From NCBI GenBank assembly GCA_050294405.1, contig JBNKOC010000012.1, positions 103,031 through 135,030 of the forward strand: 32,000 nt of DNA, read 5' to 3'. This stretch comes from Fibrobacteria bacterium. Lineage in GTDB: Bacteria > Fibrobacterota > Fibrobacteria > UBA11236 > JADFYW01. Below, in pieces: positions 10,411 to 18,092 of the stretch. A model generated the notes under the pieces. The model ran no database searches. It was not told where the DNA came from and was given only the letters and a program-made list of their open reading frames with translations. Position 1 is the first letter of the stretch. Every line of letters begins with the position of its first letter. A program made the translations under genes and the position numbers.

Positions 10411-11919
10411 ATGCGGGTAATCCATAAATTTTGGAAAAGAATAGGGCTGCTTTTGTGCTCAGCCTATTTGGTTTCAAGTTGCGTAAAGATTGAAACAAAA
10501 GAAATAAAATACCCTGATGGAGCGATAAAAGAAAAATATAGCTATTACCTGGCTGAAGGCGGTTTGGAAATCTGGGATGGAAAATACAGCCGTTGGTATC
10601 CATCGGGAAAACTCGCCGAAGAATCAAATTGGAATGAAGGTATTCTCCACGGGGTTCAAACTCAGTGGTATGAAAATGGCAATAAAAAAATGGAAGGAAA
10701 CTGGATTTTTGGAGAGGAAGAAGGTGTTTTTAAGAAATGGTATGTAAATGGTCAGTTGGCTGAAGAAATGGCTTTTGAAACCGGCCGCCCCAAAGGACAA
10801 AAAACAGTGTGGCATCCTAATGGAAAGAAAAAATCAGAATTGATGATTGTTAACGGATTAGAAGATGGGATAGAAAATATATGGGATGATAATGGAGATG
10901 TTTATTCCCAAAGGTTTTGGATAAGTGGAAAGCTTGATAGCGTTAAAACATACATTCCCGAGTCAGAGTTGAAACAAATGTCAATCGAGTTTGAGCCTGG
11001 AAAAAAGGCGGAGGAATTTAGCTATTTTTTAGATCCTGATGGAAACCAAATTCGACATGGAGATTTAAAGCAATGGTATGACAACGGGCAGTTGGAACGA
11101 AATATTTCTTTTGATTTCGGAAAAAAAAATGGAATGGAAATTTGGTATTTCGAAAATGGTTTAAAAAAATCAGAAATTCCCTGGAAGGTTGGGAAAAAAG
11201 ATGGCGTGGAAAAACATTGGTATCCAAATGGTGAATTTCAAAAAAGTGAAGAAAACTATGATACAGGGATATTAAATGGAGTTGTAAAAAACTGGTACCC
11301 AAATGGTAAATTAAAAAGTGAATTTTATTACGTTGATGGCAAACTCAGCGATACAGCAATGCTGTGGTTTGAATCGGGTACATTAAAGTCCAAAGCAGTT
11401 TACAGTGAAGGTAAGCTCAATGGCCAGGTGATCAGTTGCTACCCTATAGGACAAAAGAAATCTGTAGCTAGTTTTCAGGAAGGTGTAAAACATGGGAAAT
11501 ACCAGGAGTTTTATACTCATGGTCAGATAAAGTTGGAAGTGGAATACAATCGGGGTATAAAAATTGCGGAAAGTGTTAAGAAGTGGACTAAAGGTGGAGA
11601 TAGGGTGGATTTGAGCAAAATGTATACAGCTGTTGAAAAAGCCCAGTTGGAGCAAAAAATCAAACAATCCCATTCTAATTGTCAAAAAGAAATTGAGAAC
11701 GTTGCTGAACTTAAGGCAAAGTTAAATAGCGGTAGCCTGTATAAAGAACTGCAAAAACTTGAAATCAGCTACAACAGATCAGAACAAAAAAAAGAGGAAG
11801 AGTGCGAGTCCTACGGGGACAAAGTTGAAGAATACTTAAATTATTTTTCAAAAGAAGAATTGGATGAATTTTTACGTCTACAAAACTTAAGCCCTCTTAA
11901 TAGCCCCGGTTTCAACTGA
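10411..11919 (+). CDS. Putative lipoprotein with many MORN/YwqK-antitoxin-like repeats and a C-terminal coiled-coil region
   Basis: ATG 10411 gives MRVIHKFWKRIGLLLCSAYLVSSC (lipobox). About 12 repeats of the W-Y-x-N-G-K/Q-L type follow, then a charged helical tail. The track start at 10336 overlaps radC and is probably too long. Confidence 0.85.
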   Translation: MRVIHKFWKRIGLLLCSAYLVSSCVKIETKEIKYPDGAIKEKYSYYLAEGGLEIWDGKYSRWYPSGKLAEESNWNEGILHGVQTQWYENGNKKMEGNWIFGEEEGVFKKWYVNGQLAEEMAFETGRPKGQKTVWHPNGKKKSELMIVNGLEDGIENIWDDNGDVYSQRFWISGKLDSVKTYIPESELKQMSIEFEPGKKAEEFSYFLDPDGNQIRHGDLKQWYDNGQLERNISFDFGKKNGMEIWYFENGLKKSEIPWKVGKKDGVEKHWYPNGEFQKSEENYDTGILNGVVKNWYPNGKLKSEFYYVDGKLSDTAMLWFESGTLKSKAVYSEGKLNGQVISCYPIGQKKSVASFQEGVKHGKYQEFYTHGQIKLEVEYNRGIKIAESVKKWTKGGDRVDLSKMYTAVEKAQLEQKIKQSHSNCQKEIENVAELKAKLNSGSLYKELQKLEISYNRSEQKKEEECESYGDKVEEYLNYFSKEELDEFLRLQNLSPLNSPGFN

Positions 11920-11979
11920 TATTCAGTGGAATTCTGATTAAATATCCTTAATAACCAGGAATTGGTTAATTTTTTCAGC

Positions 11980-14157
11980 ATGGAAATTCCAGTAGCTGTA
12001 AAAGCAGCAAAATATTTAATGCTGCTGTCTGCTTTATCTCTGCAATTTTCCTGTAAGCAAAATGGAAGTGTAAAAATGGAAAATAAATTACGAAATGAAA
12101 AAAGCCCCTATCTCCTGCAGCATGCTAAAAATCCGGTCCATTGGTATCCTTGGGGTGAGGAAGCGTTTAACAGAGCTAAAAAAGAAAATAAACTAATACT
12201 ATTGTCCATTGGTTATTCTACTTGCCACTGGTGCCATGTCATGGAAAAAGAATCTTTTGAAAAAGAGGATGTGGCAGCTATCCTTAACAAATATTATGTA
12301 AGTATTAAGGTAGATAGAGAGGAACGCCCGGATGTAGATAATTTGTATATGGGATTAGCACAAGCTTTAGGGGTTGGGGGAGGCTGGCCCCTTAATTTGT
12401 TCTTAACTCCCGACCAGGTTCCTTTTACCGGGGGCACCTATTTTCCTCCGGAAGATGCTTATGGTAAGCGAAGTTTTAAATATGTGCTTCAAACTGTGGC
12501 AAAAATGTGGGAAAGCGAACCTCAGAAAATTTTAGATACAGAAAAAGGGGTGCTAAAATATATCAATCAAAAAAATGAAGTAACCCCCACAGCTGTAAAT
12601 ATTGAAGCGTTGCATCAAAAGGCGATTTTAGAAAAAGCTTCTATGTATGAGCCGGCGTATGGGGGCTTTTCTTCAGCTCCAAAGTTCCCTATGGGTCACG
12701 CACTTTCCTATTTGATATTGCTCGAAAAAAGAAATCCAGACAAAGTGCTTCTCAATAGAATAACCCACACTTTGGATAACATGGCTTCGGCCGGGCTTTA
12801 CGATCAAATTGGAGGGGGGTTTCATCGTTATTCCACAGACAGGGAATGGCTGGTGCCCCATTTTGAAAAAATGTTATACGACCAGGCGCTTTTGATTACT
12901 GCATATGCCAATGCCTACAGCAATACCTTAAATAGCCGCTATGCAGAAATTGTAGCGGAAACAATTGAGTATCTGCGTAGAGATATGTTGGATGAAAAGG
13001 GAGGTTTTTATTCGGCTGAAGATGCCGATAGCGAGGGAGAAGAAGGGACTTTTTATTTATGGGAAATATCGGAACTCAAGGAATTAGTTCCAGAGAATAT
13101 TGGAATGTTAATGGATTGGTTTGATATAAAAGAGCATGGGAATTTCGAGGGAAAAAATATTTTAACCCGTAAACATACTATTAGATGGTTGGCGGAAAAG
13201 TATGGAAAAGATGAAGACGGGTTGAAAGCTAAAATAAAGGAAATGAATTCCAGGCTTTTGGCCGCAAGAAGCCAAAGAATCCGGCCTCATTTGGACGATA
13301 AAATTTTAACAGACTGGAACGGTTTAGTTATATCGGCGTTAAGCAAGGCAGCCCAGGCTTTGCCCGATTCGCTGGGCGATATATATAAAAAAGAAAATAG
13401 CCTTAATATGGCAAAAAATGCGGCCGAATTTGTTTTAAAAGAATTAAGAGATAAGGATAACCGGCTTTTAAAAAGTTACAGGCAAGGGCCTTCTAACATC
13501 GCAGGGTTTATTGAGGATTACGCCTTTTTTGCCAATGGACTATTGGACTTGTATGAAAGCAGTTTCGAAGTAAAATACCTTGAGGAGGCTGTGGCTACAG
13601 CCCGCCAGATGATTGAAAATTTTTGGGACTCCAAGGACGGTGGCTTTTATTTTATTCCTAAAGATGGAAGCATGCTCTTAAAAAATGCCAAGGAACTCAA
13701 TGACGGAGCTATTCCCAGCGGAAATAGTGTGGCGGCGCAGGTATGTGCTCGTCTATATCGCATTACCGCAAATGAGGAATACAAAAACATATTGGAAAAA
13801 ATGATTTCCTTTTTTGGCCCTCAAATTAATACCTATCCTTCCAGCTATCCTGTTTTTTTATCCGCATTGGATATGTATTATAATCCCGGTCCTGAAATTA
13901 TTTTATCCGGAAATAAAGAAAACGAATCCTTTAAAAAAATTTGGAGCCTGGTAAAAAAATACCCATCCATAAACCAAATATTAATTCATGTTCCTGAACA
14001 CAGTGAATCAGCCATATTTGAAATAGCTCCTTTTACCAAACAACAACGAGTCGTTGAAGGAGATGTAACCTTTTATTATTGCCAAAATAGAACATGCCAA
14101 AGACCTTTGAATTCTCCCGTAGATGTGGAAGAATTTTTAAAATCAGTTGCCGGATAA
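11980..14157 (+). CDS. DUF255 / thioredoxin-domain protein, YyaL (SSP411)-like
   Basis: Motifs [24 protein letters not shown] and [17 protein letters not shown], and an (a/a)6-like C-terminal region. The track start is TTG 11962; ATG 11980 gives a signal/lipobox-like N-terminus. Confidence 0.93.
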   Translation: MEIPVAVKAAKYLMLLSALSLQFSCKQNGSVKMENKLRNEKSPYLLQHAKNPVHWYPWGEEAFNRAKKENKLILLSIGYSTCHWCHVMEKESFEKEDVAAILNKYYVSIKVDREERPDVDNLYMGLAQALGVGGGWPLNLFLTPDQVPFTGGTYFPPEDAYGKRSFKYVLQTVAKMWESEPQKILDTEKGVLKYINQKNEVTPTAVNIEALHQKAILEKASMYEPAYGGFSSAPKFPMGHALSYLILLEKRNPDKVLLNRITHTLDNMASAGLYDQIGGGFHRYSTDREWLVPHFEKMLYDQALLITAYANAYSNTLNSRYAEIVAETIEYLRRDMLDEKGGFYSAEDADSEGEEGTFYLWEISELKELVPENIGMLMDWFDIKEHGNFEGKNILTRKHTIRWLAEKYGKDEDGLKAKIKEMNSRLLAARSQRIRPHLDDKILTDWNGLVISALSKAAQALPDSLGDIYKKENSLNMAKNAAEFVLKELRDKDNRLLKSYRQGPSNIAGFIEDYAFFANGLLDLYESSFEVKYLEEAVATARQMIENFWDSKDGGFYFIPKDGSMLLKNAKELNDGAIPSGNSVAAQVCARLYRITANEEYKNILEKMISFFGPQINTYPSSYPVFLSALDMYYNPGPEIILSGNKENESFKKIWSLVKKYPSINQILIHVPEHSESAIFEIAPFTKQQRVVEGDVTFYYCQNRTCQRPLNSPVDVEEFLKSVAG

Positions 14158-14850
14158 TATTTGCAATATTGTGCTTTTGTGATTATCGAGATAATAAGAA
14201 AAATCGTGAAGGCCATCAGGGAAAATATACAGGCTGGTGTTTGGATTTTGTTTTTTCCATTCTTTAAAAACAGGTTCAATTTTTTCAATTGGAAAGAGTC
14301 TGTCGTTTCCTCCCTGAAAAAAGTGCCAATGCCCTTTTTGAAACCCATCTTGACTGTAATTTTTTTGATTTAAAATAATTTGAGGGGCGCTGGAAAATAA
14401 AAGCCTCTTGGTTATATTAAAGGGGCTGTTAATACTAAAGTGAATCACGGCTAAAGAGCCATCCGAAACACCAAATAAAATAATCGGCAATTTTTCCAAT
14501 TGCTGTTTGGCGATAAATTCCCTTAAAAAACTATTTATGTTTGTCATTAGTTGCGGGTGAAGCCAATGTAAGTTTCTATTGGCTGAGGGGCTGAATACTA
14601 TATAATCATTTCTGTTTATAAGAGGGTATATGCCTGTTAAGGCTTGTTTCCCTTTGTCTGATATGGGACTATTCATGCCGCCATGAAACCAGATGATAAT
14701 ACCTTTGGCCGAGGTCATGTTTGAAGGAAAGCTGGCGCCGTAGAAAACATTTTCAGAGCCGAATTGAAAAATGGAGTCCCGGAAGGAAAAAGAATTCTCC
14801 AGAAAGAAAAACAAATGGCAAAATAATAAAAGATGAATCTTTGTATTCAT
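14143..14850 (-). CDS. Exported alpha/beta hydrolase (serine esterase-like)
   Basis: [22 protein letters not shown] signal peptide, IIWFHGG, nucleophile elbow FGVSDGS, later GGNDRLFP and DGLHDF (Asp/His). The track starts at TTG 14865; ATG 14850 is more likely. Confidence 0.75.
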   Translation of the reverse strand: MNTKIHLLLFCHLFFFLENSFSFRDSIFQFGSENVFYGASFPSNMTSAKGIIIWFHGGMNSPISDKGKQALTGIYPLINRNDYIVFSPSANRNLHWLHPQLMTNINSFLREFIAKQQLEKLPIILFGVSDGSLAVIHFSINSPFNITKRLLFSSAPQIILNQKNYSQDGFQKGHWHFFQGGNDRLFPIEKIEPVFKEWKKQNPNTSLYIFPDGLHDFSYYLDNHKSTILQILSGN

Positions 14851-14886
14851 ACTCATTAATTGCAATATAGCACAATGAATAGTTGC

Positions 14887-15561
14887 TTAGTGGATTCGAA
14901 TTACAATTCTTCTGTTGGCGGCTTGGTTTTCTGGAATGGGCTTGCCGTTGGAGTCCCTGTTGGGAGCAACAGGCTTGGTATCTGCATATCCTGCAGCCTT
15001 AAGCCTGTCCCCATTCACGCCAGTTTCTATCATATACTTAACAATGTTTGTTGCCCTGGAAACGCTAAGCTCCCAGTTTGAGGGAAAACGAATGGTGTTA
15101 ATGGGAACATCATCTGTATGTCCTTCCACATCCACTACAAAGGGGTAATAATCAACCTGCTTAATGGCTTGTGAAACCTTATCAATCAGGTTTTGTGCTG
15201 TTGGGCTTATGTCGGCACTCCCGCCAGCGTAAAAAGCCGAACTTGCAAATTTTAACATTATGTTTTTTTGGTCCTGCTTTATATTAACCTGCTGGGCTGC
15301 TTTCTCATCAGCCAATAACGAGTCCAGAGCCCGCTTAATATCAGCCAAGGGAGTTTTTATCTTCTCGTCTTTGATTTCCGAAATGATTCCAGATTTCATT
15401 TGTTCCCATAAGCTCATATCCACTTTTGAAATGGATATTAACATTAAAAAAAACGCCATAAGAAGGGTTATCATATCCCCGTAGGTATTCATCCAGTCAT
15501 CTAAATTCACCTCTTCAGGTTCGTTTAGTCTGTATTTGTTTTTATGGGATTTTAAAGCCAT
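14887..15561 (-). CDS. motB: MotB-family stator protein with OmpA-like peptidoglycan-binding domain
   Basis: DDWMNTYGDMITLLMAFFLMLISIS TM helix with the proton-channel Asp (D29). OmpA domain EGHTDDVPI...NWELSVSRATNIVKYM...RLKAAGYADTKPV...NRRIVIRI. Confidence 0.92.
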   Translation of the reverse strand: MALKSHKNKYRLNEPEEVNLDDWMNTYGDMITLLMAFFLMLISISKVDMSLWEQMKSGIISEIKDEKIKTPLADIKRALDSLLADEKAAQQVNIKQDQKNIMLKFASSAFYAGGSADISPTAQNLIDKVSQAIKQVDYYPFVVDVEGHTDDVPINTIRFPSNWELSVSRATNIVKYMIETGVNGDRLKAAGYADTKPVAPNRDSNGKPIPENQAANRRIVIRIH

Positions 15562-15572
15562 GAATCGCTGCC

Positions 15573-16367
15573 TTATTTTTTGGGCTCAGCATCCATTTGA
15601 AATTTATTTTTTCTGTCCAAATAGGCGTTTAATTTATCCTGAATATAAAATGGACTTTTCTTTTCCAGTATTAACATAAACCCTTCAAGGATTAGATATT
15701 CCCGGAACCTTTGGATTCCTAAAATTTGCTTTACTTTGGTGGAGCATGGTTGGAATATAAATCTGGCGAATAAAACCCCATATAATGTGGTCATGAGGGC
15801 AATAGACAAACCAGGTCCCATTTGAGAGGGGTCATCCATTTTGCTTAACATTACAATTAATCCAATTAAGGTGCCTACCATGCCAAAAGCCGGAGCGGCA
15901 GAGGCCATTGTGTTTAATATGTTGGATTCGGATAGATGTCTGAAGTAGTGCTCTTCAATGGCGGTTTCGGTAAACTCAGCCACCTCATCTTTGGAATAGC
16001 CGGTACTGATTAAGGAACTAACATACTTCACGAAATCATCTTTTGTCTCATTTCCGATGTTTTCAAAAGCGTTGATTCCGTCTTGGGATACACGCCTGGA
16101 CCAGCTGATAACCATTCCCACATCCTGCATAAGAGATTTTGGAGTTATTTTCTGGCGTACGAAAACTTTAAATATAGATAAAAGAGCTACAAAAATATAG
16201 CGCCAGCGATACCCGATAAAAGCAGATGTTACGGTACCTCCAACAACAATGGAAGCGCTGGGACCGCTGATAAATATGCTCCAGTCATTAGTTGCGCTTA
16301 AAACACCCCAGGAAACAATTCCCACACCAAAAATAACACCGAATACGGTGGAAAGGGAAAGAAACAT
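15573..16367 (-). CDS. motA: MotA/PomA-family flagellar-type stator protein
   Basis: IVVGGTVTSAFIGYRW, SWSRRVSQDGINAFE cytoplasmic loop, MASAAPAFGMVGTLIGLIVMLSKMDDPSQMGPGLSIALMTTLYGVLFA, FQPCSTKVK. Confidence 0.95.
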   Translation of the reverse strand: MFLSLSTVFGVIFGVGIVSWGVLSATNDWSIFISGPSASIVVGGTVTSAFIGYRWRYIFVALLSIFKVFVRQKITPKSLMQDVGMVISWSRRVSQDGINAFENIGNETKDDFVKYVSSLISTGYSKDEVAEFTETAIEEHYFRHLSESNILNTMASAAPAFGMVGTLIGLIVMLSKMDDPSQMGPGLSIALMTTLYGVLFARFIFQPCSTKVKQILGIQRFREYLILEGFMLILEKKSPFYIQDKLNAYLDRKNKFQMDAEPKK

Positions 16368-17044
16368 TAATTTTGCTCCAAACTTTTGTTGGCTTTTTTA
16401 AGCTTATTCAACATTTGAATAACAGCTGGCATATCAGGGTTTAATCTAAGAGATTGCAACCAGGCTTCTTTGGCGGCGGGCATATCGTCCATCATGTATA
16501 ATATGCTTCCCATAAGGGCGTATCCATCTGACGTTTCTTGTTTTTGTAAACTGAATTTCACCATGTCCAAAGCTTCCGGAAATCTTTTCTGATAGAAAAA
16601 CTCCTGCGCCTTTCTAATTTCCGCCAAGACCTGCTGCATATCGCCTTTTGTAAGGTCATTGCCTTTGGCTATATCCATAACATCATCCCAATTTTCTTTT
16701 TTGTCTTTTTCTTCTTCCTCTTTAGCGGCAGAGTCTACGGAGGTTTTTTTGCTGGATTGCTGGACTTGAGGGGCGACAGGAGAAGGCGGGGGAACCGGGC
16801 TGCCTGACATTACCAAATTTACATCCTGGCTGTTTATGTCCACAACCATAGTTACATTTGAAGACTTGTTAGTGTATGAAATTTTCATTTCATTGCTATT
16901 TTTTGGCGCTGGAGAAGAAACCTGGTTATTCTCTGCACGGGTATCCGCGCTTTTTTTATCTGCCTTTGAGGAGGCGCAGCCCATAGCTCCCAATAGGGCT
17001 ATGTAAATCAGGCTAGAAGGTATAATTAAGGATGTCCACTTCAT
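16367..17044 (-). CDS. TPR-repeat lipoprotein of the rotor-stator cluster
   Basis: Signal/lipobox LLGAMGC, a Pro-rich linker, then TPR-like helices (EFFYQKRFPEALDMVKFSLQKQETSDGYALMGSILYMMDDMPAAKEAWLQSLRLNPDMP). Its TAA and the motA ATG overlap by 1 nt. Confidence 0.8.
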   Translation of the reverse strand: MKWTSLIIPSSLIYIALLGAMGCASSKADKKSADTRAENNQVSSPAPKNSNEMKISYTNKSSNVTMVVDINSQDVNLVMSGSPVPPPSPVAPQVQQSSKKTSVDSAAKEEEEKDKKENWDDVMDIAKGNDLTKGDMQQVLAEIRKAQEFFYQKRFPEALDMVKFSLQKQETSDGYALMGSILYMMDDMPAAKEAWLQSLRLNPDMPAVIQMLNKLKKANKSLEQN

Positions 17045-18092
17045 AAGCTAGTTTCTCAAAGGTGATTTTGTGCCCCACTGCATCTCCCAAAGAACCGGTG
17101 ATAAACCGATCTCCAGCTATGTAACTTACCCCAATGGATACTCCAAAATGTTTGGAGAGTTGAGCGTTATATCCATAGGTAAAAACCGGAATGCTGCCTG
17201 TAAATAAAAAAGGAACATAATAGTAGGCGCTAAAATAGGTCCCCAACCAATGGCCCCTGTCCCGGTTTCCTTTGGGAACTAACACGGCCCAAACTCCAAC
17301 TCCAATTTGCATGGTGTATATGCCGCTGTAGCCCAATTCAATACTGTCTTTTTTGGAGATTGCCATGCGGGATACACCTGCGTTGATGTTAAACCACAAC
17401 CTTCGGTTTTTGGTCAAGGCTTCAGTGACACTCCCTTCAATGGCGACTTGGTTAAACCCGGTTTCCTTGTCTATGCCGCTTTGTCCCTCAAACTTTTCCA
17501 TGGAAAAAATTCGAATAGGTACATGAGCGGACCATTTTAAGTCGAATATGCTAGGCTCCACCTTGTTGGGTCCTGCGATAAAATCTCCAGACCACAATAT
17601 TTCAGCAGTTCGGTGCTTCACTAATTTTAGATTTAACATTACATCGCCATCCTTGGACTTGCTGCAAGAACCTTCAATAAAAGCGTCAATTCTTAATTTA
17701 TCGCCAAGCTTCCAAAGCTCTTCGATAGTAGGAATGGTGTTAGACATGCTAAAGGAGGTATCGGTGCTGATAATATTCAGGGTTTTTAGTTCGGGGGGAG
17801 ATACTAGCGTACGGCGGCCTTCATCCCGCAATGTAGTTTCAATTCGGCCTTGAATGTATCTGGACTCCCCTTTTGTGAAACCTTTGGAATCCGTTCTGAT
17901 TTGGTAAATGGCGATTTTTTCCACCGAGGGAGGTATATCCCCTAATGTTTCCTTTAGCTCAGCAATAATTTTTTCAATTTGCTTGATTCCGGAGGATGTT
18001 TCATAAAAGGGATGGTTCTCCGGTAGGTTTTCCGTTACATTGTCCCCGAAAGAAAAGGCGAATAGAAACCCCAATAATGTTAGTATTCTCAT
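17013..18092 (-). CDS. Exported protein: FlgO/CsgG-like N-terminal domain plus possible outer-membrane beta-barrel C-terminal region
   Basis: MRILTLLGFLFAFSFG signal. IAIYQIRTDSKGFTKGESRYIQGRIETTLRD...LVSPPEL...LGDKLRIDAFIEGS...LKLVKHRTAEILWSGDF resembles FlgO/CsgG-type folds. The C-terminus has alternating aromatic/Gly strands and ends in Phe (NYTF). Confidence 0.55.
   Translation of the reverse strand: MRILTLLGFLFAFSFGDNVTENLPENHPFYETSSGIKQIEKIIAELKETLGDIPPSVEKIAIYQIRTDSKGFTKGESRYIQGRIETTLRDEGRRTLVSPPELKTLNIISTDTSFSMSNTIPTIEELWKLGDKLRIDAFIEGSCSKSKDGDVMLNLKLVKHRTAEILWSGDFIAGPNKVEPSIFDLKWSAHVPIRIFSMEKFEGQSGIDKETGFNQVAIEGSVTEALTKNRRLWFNINAGVSRMAISKKDSIELGYSGIYTMQIGVGVWAVLVPKGNRDRGHWLGTYFSAYYYVPFLFTGSIPVFTYGYNAQLSKHFGVSIGVSYIAGDRFITGSLGDAVGHKITFEKLAYEVDILNYTF

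Noticed and set aside
12673-12861. Small antisense ORFs inside larger genes (e.g. 12673-12861, 6334-6738, 18117-18500, 31584-31850)
   Set aside because: They lie opposite strongly supported coding frames, lack recognisable domains and match the expected mirror-frame by-products.
14887-16367. Zorya-like anti-phage system based on the MotA/MotB pair
   Set aside because: MotA here is PomA/MotA-like without the long cytoplasmic coiled-coil tail of ZorA. No ZorC, ZorD helicase or ZorE nuclease genes are nearby. The partners are a FliF-FliG fusion and envelope proteins.
15573-16367. ExbB/TolQ-type energy transducer
   Set aside because: The two N-terminal TMs, the large cytoplasmic loop and the APAFGMVGTLIGLIVMLSKMDDPSQMGPG signature match MotA/PomA. 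The partner has an OmpA-like domain rather than an ExbD/TolR one.
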